Virus genome (UHGV): UHGV-0371587
Length of the DNA stretch: 42,653 nt
DNA from: a virus
Strand: one strand, 5' to 3'
Notes under the pieces: model-generated
Told to the model about the DNA's origin: nothing
Databases searched by the model: none
What the model saw: only the letters and a program-made list of their open reading frames with translations
Position numbers and translations under genes: made by a program
Shown: positions 35,933-42,653 of the stretch, in pieces
Layout: the number at the start of each line of letters is the position of its first letter
Position numbering within the stretch: the first letter of the stretch is position 1

Positions 35933-36462
35933 GTATTAAAGGCAAATCTCAAGAGTTGTATATAGGAAAAACAGAGATTAATATAAAGGACTATCAATGG
36001 AGATATAAATTAATAAAAATTCAATATAGTGATATTTCAAAAATTGAATATTGTTTTCGTACTATGACCGAAGGGGGATATATAGATTTCCATGATACAT
36101 ATGGACATTTTGAAAGATTTTGTTTCCCTAGAAAATCAAATCCAGCAATACAACGAGCAATAAATTACATAGAAGAACGATATCCTGATTTAATAATTGA
36201 AAGGCATGATACAGAAGATGACCCAATTTATTCTAAAAATGTATTCATTATAACTATTTCTTTATTTTGCTGTTGGCCTATAGGATTAATACTCCATTGG
36301 CTAACTGGAAAAAGGACATTGCGGGAAAGAATTATGTTTACTTTTATAATATTGTTGATTCAGGTAACTATTTATTGTATGTGGATGTTGTACACAAAAA
36401 TGCAAATAAACCAAGCTGTAAATTCTATTAATGAATATTTGAATCAAATATATCCATTTTAA
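35923..36462 (+). CDS. membrane protein (N-terminal soluble domain plus two C-terminal TM helices), 179 aa. Candidate superinfection-exclusion or abortive-infection cargo.
   Basis: Lies between the repressor and the integrase. Hydrophobic C-terminus. Confidence 0.5.
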   Translation: MFMSIKGKSQELYIGKTEINIKDYQWRYKLIKIQYSDISKIEYCFRTMTEGGYIDFHDTYGHFERFCFPRKSNPAIQRAINYIEERYPDLIIERHDTEDDPIYSKNVFIITISLFCCWPIGLILHWLTGKRTLRERIMFTFIILLIQVTIYCMWMLYTKMQINQAVNSINEYLNQIYPF

Positions 36463-36659
36463 AAATATTTAATATAATTAATTTTCCAGAGATAATAAAA
36501 CCGGCCCCTGCACCAACAGGAACCGGCCTACATACCCGAAGATATGCATTATAATTCGCACCTATATTGTACCATCTTCGGGGCGGCTTTGCAAGATATT
36601 TGCGGAGCTGTATTTTTTATACCTATTTTTAGGGAAATCAATTGAAGGAGGAAAGAGAA

Positions 36660-37733
36660 ATGACAAAGAAAGCCCCGAAAAAGAAAAAAGGAGAACTGCC
36701 GTCTGGAAATGTCCGAGTGCAAGTGTATCTGTATACAGATGATAAAGGCAAGCGGCATTACAAAAGCTTTGTTGCTCCATCACGCAAGGAAGCAAAGGAA
36801 ATGGCTACTCGATGGAAATTAGATATGAAAGATAAGCCCATAGAGCAATACAATGAACCGGATGAGGACGAGGACGAAGATATAACAGTGAACCAAGCTA
36901 TTGAACGTTATTTAAACGTCAAGAAAGGCGTTTTAAGCCCTTCCACGCTTAGAGGGTACACAGGTATGCAAAGACAGTATTTCGGCGGAGCATTTGGGCG
37001 TAAACGGCTCTCAGAACTAACGAATCCATCTGTACAGATATGGATAAGTGATTTGGCCTCTAAACAACTCTCTCCAAAGACAGTCCGAAATGCCTATGGC
37101 CTGTTATCTGCATCCCTGGAGATGTTTGCACCGGATTTAACTCTAAAAGTTAAACTTCCTCAGAAAAAACGTCCTGAATTATATTGCCCCAATGACAATG
37201 ATATTAAAAAGCTGCTGGAGGCAATCAAAGGTACTGATTTAGAAATAGCTGTTTTACTAGCAGCCTTTGGACCACTCAGACGCGGAGAGATAAGCGCCCT
37301 TACTGATAAAAATGTAGAGGGTCGTATTATCCATGTAAGAGACAATATGGTCAAGGGGCCAGACAATCAATGGTACATCAAACAGCCTAAAACGGATGAT
37401 AGTACAAGGGATGTAGAAATGCCCGCATTTGTAATTGACCGGATATCTGAAAAAAAAGGAAAGTTGGTTGATATGAACCCGGATTACATCACACACCGAT
37501 TCGGACGAGTACTCAAAAAGATTGATATACCCCATTTCCGCTTTCACGACCTCCGGCATTATGCTGCATCCATTATGCACGCCATAGGCATACCGGACCA
37601 ATATATTTTGCAGCGGGGAGGATGGGCCAGCGACAATATCATGAAAGCAGTATACAGAAATGTAATTGACTTGGAAAGCGTCCGGCAGAATAAAAAAATT
37701 AATAAGCACTTTGAAAAATTAAACAGCATGTAA
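36660..37733 (+). CDS. int: tyrosine integrase (phage integrase family)
   Basis: RBS GAAGGAGG. Catalytic HDLRH...Y region. Confidence 0.85.
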   Translation: MTKKAPKKKKGELPSGNVRVQVYLYTDDKGKRHYKSFVAPSRKEAKEMATRWKLDMKDKPIEQYNEPDEDEDEDITVNQAIERYLNVKKGVLSPSTLRGYTGMQRQYFGGAFGRKRLSELTNPSVQIWISDLASKQLSPKTVRNAYGLLSASLEMFAPDLTLKVKLPQKKRPELYCPNDNDIKKLLEAIKGTDLEIAVLLAAFGPLRRGEISALTDKNVEGRIIHVRDNMVKGPDNQWYIKQPKTDDSTRDVEMPAFVIDRISEKKGKLVDMNPDYITHRFGRVLKKIDIPHFRFHDLRHYAASIMHAIGIPDQYILQRGGWASDNIMKAVYRNVIDLESVRQNKKINKHFEKLNSM

Positions 37734-38021
37734 TAAAATAGCATATTTTTCGTGTTGCATCGTGTTGCATATATAATAAAAAATAGCATATTTTCCACCG
37801 TGGTAGGCGTAGGAAGTGCTGTATCAAAACACGAAAAAACCTTGTAAATACGTTGTTTTTCCCGTATCTACAAGGTTTTATGGAAGAGCTGCTGACGGGA
37901 ATCGGACCCGTAAAATATAACGGTTTTATGCGGTTTATAGGCTCCGTGTTGCATTTCGTGTTGCATATTTCCGAAGATGGTATAATATTTATAGAAGCGT
38001 CAGTGTAAAAATCTGGCGCTT
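37734..38021. other. attP-like region with arm-type direct repeats (CGTGTTGCAT x2 at 37751-37770 and x2 at 37945-37966, ATAGCATATTTT x2) and a central 11-bp inverted repeat AAAACCTTGTA/TACAAGGTTTT
   Basis: Repeats read from the sequence. Lies immediately 3' of int. Confidence 0.45.
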
Positions 38022-38768
38022 TTATATTGAATTAGAGTCCTCTATGTACCAGATATTCTGCGCCCCATTATCCTGACTATGCCAGCACGCCCCCTCCAAT
38101 GGACCGTTTGGTGTAGGGTCAAAGTAATACCAATCCCCCGAACCATCATCCGGGTCACATACACTACCATTCCAGCGGTGCCAGCTGGTGCAAGCATATC
38201 CATCCTTATTAAATAGATACCAATGGTGATTTATGACACACCACTTATTAGCCGGGTAAGTTCCATCTGGTCTGCGATACCACCAGCCGTTATTATCCTT
38301 AATCCAGCCAGTGCGTCCCTCTGTCACCCAGGTTTTCATAAATTCATCCGGGGTGCGATATAGTTTTTTGATTCCAGATGTGCTACTTCCCCAATCAGGC
38401 AATTGGAAATGTGGCTTGTCTACAGGAGACTTCCAATTTCCACCCCATTCAAGTCCCAAAGATACACCGATAGCACCTACACGGTTAAAAAATCCACCAA
38501 TTTCATTATAAGCACCAGTGCCGTCATTACGAAATATATCAAAAGCTGTTCCCCACTGATGATAGGAGCTATAACTACTACCAGGCGCATTAGTTACAAT
38601 GTTGCCCGGTTTAGTCCTGCCCTGAGCATATAAAGCATCCTGCTCTGCCACAGTCCGCAGTGTCTCTCCTATCTTAATTTTTAATCCCTGTTTATTACAT
38701 TCGTCCACCAACTGACCTGCTAAAAGCTGCAAGCGTGGATGACACAATGTGATGTCTCTCATAATCAT
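38022..38768 (-). CDS. endolysin: peptidase M15 (VanY-like) N-domain plus choline-binding-type cell-wall-binding repeats
   Basis: SYHQWGTAFD motif and GW..DNNGWWY repeats. Start overlaps the XkdX stop. Confidence 0.8.
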   Translation of the reverse strand: MIMRDITLCHPRLQLLAGQLVDECNKQGLKIKIGETLRTVAEQDALYAQGRTKPGNIVTNAPGSSYSSYHQWGTAFDIFRNDGTGAYNEIGGFFNRVGAIGVSLGLEWGGNWKSPVDKPHFQLPDWGSSTSGIKKLYRTPDEFMKTWVTEGRTGWIKDNNGWWYRRPDGTYPANKWCVINHHWYLFNKDGYACTSWHRWNGSVCDPDDGSGDWYYFDPTPNGPLEGACWHSQDNGAQNIWYIEDSNSI

Positions 38769-38890
38769 CCTCCAATTATACTGTTTTTCTGCTGCTCTGT
38801 AATCCATCCAAGTAATACAGCCCGGTTAAGCTCATCAACGGTTAATGGCCCTTTTCCATTGTTATATAACCTTTTTAATGTTGTATACAT
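38765..38890 (-). CDS. XkdX-family small phage protein, 41 aa
   Basis: Translation MYTTLKRLYNNGKGPLTVDELNRAVLLGWITEQQKNSIIGG. RBS GGAGGTG. Confidence 0.6.
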   Translation of the reverse strand: MYTTLKRLYNNGKGPLTVDELNRAVLLGWITEQQKNSIIGG

Positions 38891-38891
38891 A

Positions 38892-39305
38892 TTACACCTC
38901 CAGTTGACTTAAAATCATTGCATCCACTGTATCTTGCAAGGTCTGTACTGTATCTCTAATATCCGGCCTCCGAAGCTTTGCAATCATAATGGTTTCCTTC
39001 ACTTCATTGGTTTCGTAATTTGGCTCTTCCTCGGTTCCGGTATTTACTGTTTCAGAGGATATGACATAATTCATTTTCTTATGCATCTCCACCAGCTGAG
39101 TAAATCCGGTTTTTACTTCTATCGGCTGACTGTCCAAACCAAGTATGTAGATTCTTTCTGTGTTTGTCGGATTAAATTCGGCTTCTACAGTTTCAAAACT
39201 GTCTAATCCGGGAAGAAATGATAGTGTCAGGTAATCGCCGGATTCTTCCACCCCGTTTGTTATTAATTCGTATTTTGTATTGTTTAATAGTTTTAATTGG
39301 TTCAT
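38892..39305 (-). CDS. hypothetical protein in the XkdW position, about 137 aa
   Basis: RBS GAAAGGAG at the internal ATG. Confidence 0.55.
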   Translation of the reverse strand: MNQLKLLNNTKYELITNGVEESGDYLTLSFLPGLDSFETVEAEFNPTNTERIYILGLDSQPIEVKTGFTQLVEMHKKMNYVISSETVNTGTEEEPNYETNEVKETIMIAKLRRPDIRDTVQTLQDTVDAMILSQLEV

Positions 39306-39995
39306 TTTACTCCTTTCATGGGTATGTTTTTTATATAGCAAATAGCAATTTAGGTGTACAAATCAGAAAAATATCATCAAAGATTTTTTCATGTGATACT
39401 ACCGTTGGTACGAAGGATAGTGTTAGCCAAACTTACACCATTTCGGATTTGGGGTTTATAAAAACACCTTTATGGGCCGTACAGGCGTCAAATTGGTTAA
39501 ATGCTCAGATAACCAATATAACAAAAGATTCTATATCCATAACCTTCTATAATCCGTCAGAGCGTGGAATTGCTGGGACTGCCGCATGGATAAAGCTCAT
39601 ATTTTTCGAGCTCAAATAATCATTTTGCTGATGCTATCCAATGTACTAACACACTTTGCTCCGAGGTTTCTTTTATTGTTTCAAGATATAAAGAAAATCC
39701 CAATTTACCATATATAGACACTAGCAAAAAAATTAAAGATGGGTTTGTTAACGGTACCAGTTGGAAAGCTACAGAGGATTGTATAGTTTGTGGTTCCATT
39801 GGTTTTAACAGCTCAGCTCAGGGTTGTAATGTACTTATAAATGGGATAAATATTTTTTGGGTCAATAATGATGTCACAGTCAATTCGTCAATGCCTATAT
39901 GGTTTTCTGTGCGTAAAGGTGATACCGTACGATTTATTGGTTATAACAATCAAGTTCCAAACCTTACGAACCTATATGCCTTCAGCACAAAATGA
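39218..39995 (+). pseudogene. reverse-oriented ORF in two frames (A: 39218..39619, B: 39594..39995) joined by a +1 shift at a T5 run. Frameshifted gene or sequencing indel.
   Basis: Two protein-like open frames of about 130 codons each. No minus-strand ORF in this 650-bp gap. Frame B ends exactly at the abutting minus-strand stop. Confidence 0.3.
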
Positions 39996-40481
39996 TTACG
40001 GCTTATAAAACTTCCAAACCTGTTTCCAGTTTTGACCGTCATAAAAATCATACCAGATACCGGTGTTGTTAAATGCGATTGATGCAATCTCGCCAGAATC
40101 ATATTGTAACTGGAATGCCCGGTCGGTCCGGTCGGAATATACGGCTGTAAACCCATTAATGTTCTTGACACCGTTTAACGTCAACTTTGCGTTGGCCGTT
40201 GCTAAATTGCTATTTATAGTAGCAATATTCTCCGTATTATTTGTGATTGCTTGCTGCATCGAATAGGCCAGAGAGGATGATGGAACTGTGGTTTCCGAAT
40301 TTGTTTGAACAGTTGAAATCAATGTTTTCAGTGCATCAATTATCTGATTAGCTTTTTCGACTGTTTCAGCCAGTTTATTTTCTGTTTTATTAAGATTGTC
40401 AGCATCAATATCCGGTTCTGAATTATTTACATAATTAGTTGGATTATAGTTGTCCATTTTTTCTAAATCATTTATTGCCAT
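39996..40481 (-). CDS. tail fibre-associated protein, 161 aa
   Basis: Coiled-coil N-terminus. Lies in the tail-fibre cluster. Confidence 0.55.
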   Translation of the reverse strand: MAINDLEKMDNYNPTNYVNNSEPDIDADNLNKTENKLAETVEKANQIIDALKTLISTVQTNSETTVPSSSLAYSMQQAITNNTENIATINSNLATANAKLTLNGVKNINGFTAVYSDRTDRAFQLQYDSGEIASIAFNNTGIWYDFYDGQNWKQVWKFYKP

Positions 40482-40490
40482 GCTCTCCTC

Positions 40491-41426
40491 CTATATGCTG
40501 CATTTTAATTCCCTTAATGTCATATTGACAACTGATGTACTTGCTGTGGTCCGCATAAATAGCGATATATATATAAATCGTGTTCCGGTAATATTGGATA
40601 CATCAAAACTATTCGTTTTTAAATTGCCCGATGTATTTGGTATCTCTCTTCTCCAATAATCTCCCAGTCCAGTATTATAATCTTTTCCAGAACCGCTGGA
40701 AGCTCGCATATATATGTAATCACTAACATATCCAGTAGCCAGAATCATTTCACACCCACCAGATGCGTTGGCGAGGGAATATTTCAATGTTATTCGGTTG
40801 ATATTATCAAAGTTAAGAGGAACATTAAATACAATTGCCGTTGTTACATAATCTGTGCTAAGAGGGTTTTCGATATGGATGTTATCCCGTCCAAAGGTTA
40901 CGTCCCCTTTATAGTACGGTCCTCCTTTGCGCCCAAAGGAAGGCAAAGAGCTTATTGATTGTCCAGGAGCAAACACACCATTGTAATATGGCGTATATGG
41001 GTCGTCATTTTCATATCCTTCGTAAGTTCCTACGATAGTTGTGTCTCCTACCCTAATGACTACATTCTTTTTTATATTTGATGCAATAAGATTAGGTAAG
41101 CTTTCGACAAAAACATCGCCTGACATATATTTACCAGTTGTATCTACTGTTTGTAAATCTGCGCTCGGAACAACGTACTGATTACCTAATGTAGGTATGT
41201 TTTGTGTTACTGTACTACCCGATTTATAAAACCCTTCTCCTAAAGATAAAGTTTGATTTAATTGTAGTTCATGCTTTTCAGGTGGTATAATCGGAATTGT
41301 TCCAATTTGTTCATCATCACTTCCACGACCTAAAAATATTTTTCCTTCTTTTACGCTCGATGGAAGGGCAGTTAAATCACTTGTATCTGCATTAGCTCCA
41401 TTTTTTTTAATTATACAATCAGCCAT
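40491..41426 (-). CDS. tail fibre / receptor-binding protein, about 311 aa
   Basis: Its N-terminal 135 aa are paralogous to 41428..41832. Carries an extra C-domain. Confidence 0.55.
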   Translation of the reverse strand: MADCIIKKNGANADTSDLTALPSSVKEGKIFLGRGSDDEQIGTIPIIPPEKHELQLNQTLSLGEGFYKSGSTVTQNIPTLGNQYVVPSADLQTVDTTGKYMSGDVFVESLPNLIASNIKKNVVIRVGDTTIVGTYEGYENDDPYTPYYNGVFAPGQSISSLPSFGRKGGPYYKGDVTFGRDNIHIENPLSTDYVTTAIVFNVPLNFDNINRITLKYSLANASGGCEMILATGYVSDYIYMRASSGSGKDYNTGLGDYWRREIPNTSGNLKTNSFDVSNITGTRFIYISLFMRTTASTSVVNMTLRELKCSI

Positions 41427-41427
41427 T

Positions 41428-41832
41428 TTAATCAACCCATCCCTCAAACGTCCCGGTATACGGACCTATTTTTACTCCCTTTTTTATTACATTATTTGAA
41501 ATACCTACAATACCACCAATAAAAACATTTCCGGTCATATATGTTCCTTTGACTCCAGCTGTTATTCCATTGATGGCAGGGTCAACGTATTGTGCTCCCA
41601 ATGTTGGAATATCCTGTTTTAATGTTATTGAAACAAAATACCCTTCTGGAATAGAAAACTTCCCGTTAATGGGGAAATCATGTTCTACATTGTAATAAGT
41701 AGGCATAGTTCCTTCTTGTGTATTTTCGGTTTCAGCGCCAATAAAAGTCTGTCCATATTTGACATCTTCTGGTTTTGCAGTGAGATAATCATTATTAAAC
41801 ATACCACCATTATAGAGTATACAGCCTGCCAT
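41428..41832 (-). CDS. tail fibre N-domain paralogue, 134 aa
   Basis: Shares MAxCI...GTMP...IPTLGxQYV.P...G.YM.GNVF...IKK.V.I with the neighbouring gene. Confidence 0.55.
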   Translation of the reverse strand: MAGCILYNGGMFNNDYLTAKPEDVKYGQTFIGAETENTQEGTMPTYYNVEHDFPINGKFSIPEGYFVSITLKQDIPTLGAQYVDPAINGITAGVKGTYMTGNVFIGGIVGISNNVIKKGVKIGPYTGTFEGWVD

Positions 41833-42308
41833 TAATTACCTGCTCCTTTCACAAGAATCTGGAAATCGGATGATGGTTTGGAACCATAACAATATAATGT
41901 AACAACTCCATTCCCACTTTCGGCTCTATCAACATATCCAAAAGCCTTTTTTCTCTCTCTGGCCACACTGGCAGTTGGGTTGTCGCCCAAATATGGACCA
42001 CCAATAATAAGCCCCGTGTCCTTCTTTGCTCCTGGTACCCCAATCGTTTGCGAATACGGGACAGATGTACTCCAATTTGCATAGGGGACCATAATTCTTT
42101 TTATACCTTTGATATCTTCGATTTCTGAGTTGTTTTGTAACACAGCCTTATTGGTTTCGTTAATATCATCAGCCGAAAAAATGTCTCCTATTTCCTGATA
42201 CTCTGTTTTATCTTCAAGCGTTATTAGACCGGTTGATGCATCTGTGACCATTTTATATTTTCGTAATCCGGAAAATTTGTCATTTTTAAAATTTGTTTTC
42301 AAATTCAT
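41832..42308 (-). CDS. tail/baseplate protein, 158 aa
   Basis: ORF in the tail-fibre cluster. Confidence 0.55.
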   Translation of the reverse strand: MNLKTNFKNDKFSGLRKYKMVTDASTGLITLEDKTEYQEIGDIFSADDINETNKAVLQNNSEIEDIKGIKRIMVPYANWSTSVPYSQTIGVPGAKKDTGLIIGGPYLGDNPTASVARERKKAFGYVDRAESGNGVVTLYCYGSKPSSDFQILVKGAGN

Positions 42309-42653
42309 AGCTTAATACCTCTATTTCCTAGGGCTTTGGTTCCCAATTTAAACGACAAATATTGAGGACCCGGATAGGATTTTTCAATCAAATTACCTAA
42401 ATCATAAATGATTTTTTCGATGGCATTGGCTTGATAAATTGATGTGTATGTTATCTTATCGGGAGTAAGTGGAGTGCTGCTGTCTGTATAGTATGCATTT
42501 CTTATTGCAACTATATTTTTTCTCAGACGTTCCATTTCTTTATCCGTTCTATGGTCCTCTGGTTTCCAATTTAGCTTGTTATTTGTTGTATTTCTATATC
42601 CGTACTGATTAAGGACATAAGATACCCATTTAACTGCCTGTTCGATACGGTTG
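42305..42653 (-). CDS. C-terminal part of the tail protein whose N-terminus is at 92..1. The frame is open to the window end.
   Basis: No stop between 42653 and 42535 in this frame. The frame matches the ORF leaving position 1. Confidence 0.55.
   Translation of the reverse strand, partial: NRIEQAVKWVSYVLNQYGYRNTTNNKLNWKPEDHRTDKEMERLRKNIVAIRNAYYTDSSTPLTPDKITYTSIYQANAIEKIIYDLGNLIEKSYPGPQYLSFKLGTKALGNRGIKL

Larger units (their letters stand above)
1..42653. mobile_element. temperate siphovirus-like phage/prophage genome, apparently complete and circularly permuted
   Basis: Complete set of packaging, head, tail, lysis, replication and lysogeny modules. An ORF crosses the window end into the window start in frame. 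An integrase is present with an adjacent arm-repeat region. Confidence 0.7.

Noticed and set aside
36549-36795. Two minus-strand ORFs (69 and 77 aa) across the int promoter and start
   Set aside because: They overlap the int RBS and start and the intergenic hairpins, and their translations are low-complexity and hydrophobic. Treated as spurious.
37891-37916. tRNA gene
   Set aside because: Only a T-arm-like fragment is present (ACGGG-TCCGATT-CCCGT plus 7 nt). There is no CCA, D-arm or anticodon arm, so it is at most a relic of an att core and not a tRNA.
38769-38807. Endolysin start at 38807 (MDYRAAEKQYNWR...)
   Set aside because: It would overlap the XkdX-family gene by 40 nt. The ATG at 38768 overlaps the XkdX TGA (ATGA) and leaves an intact M15 domain.
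1-42653. CRISPR array, diversity-generating retroelement or defence-system operon
   Set aside because: No regularly spaced direct repeats were found. There is no reverse transcriptase or template/variable repeat pair near the tail fibres. No large multi-domain defence genes are present. The only repeats are short regulatory or att-like elements.

Overview
The window reads as an essentially complete temperate siphovirus (prophage or phage) genome from a low-GC, Clostridia-like Firmicute. A minus-strand ORF beginning at 92 runs off position 1 and continues in the same frame from 42653 to 42305, which indicates that the 42,653-bp sequence is circular or circularly permuted. The layout on the minus strand is terS (22342), terL, portal, minor head (Mu F/gp7-like), scaffold, major capsid, connector/neck genes, major tail, G/T chaperones, an 814-aa tape measure protein, then Dit-like and tail-tip genes that continue across the junction into tail-fibre genes 42535 to 38892. 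An XkdX-family gene and an M15-peptidase/choline-binding-repeat endolysin follow (38022..38768). An attP-like arm-repeat region (37734..38021) abuts a plus-strand tyrosine integrase. The lysogeny switch comprises a cI-like repressor (+), operator repeats, a cro-like gene and a KilAC antirepressor (-). The early leftward module (32971 to 26119) includes a Rad52/Sak-like annealase, an HNH nuclease, a DnaD-like replisome organizer, a LexA-like wHTH protein and an ASCH protein. The main oddities are listed here. (1) A 4-kb, nine- to ten-gene cargo island sits inside the head module: a Cys-rich KTR protein, a BclA-C-like domain, a YjcZ-like Gly-rich TM/Cys-rich protein, a Gly/Met-rich protein, a Q/P-rich protein and a sigma-70 region-4 mini-protein. 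(2) A conserved mirror-repeat motif (AGAGCC-AGACGC-N-AGACGC-AGAGCC) plus hairpin lies directly upstream of the major tail gene and of the scaffold/capsid operon. (3) A holin-like gene and a DUF4417 gene are inserted among the neck genes, while the endolysin has no adjacent holin. (4) Five tandem genes of 50-57 aa that were absent from the ORF track. (5) A divergent consensus promoter and a candidate terminated sRNA of about 100 nt. (6) An RBS/anti-RBS alternative hairpin. (7) A reverse-oriented ORF in the tail-fibre region that is split by a +1 shift at a T5 run. No CRISPR array, rRNA or convincing tRNA gene was found.
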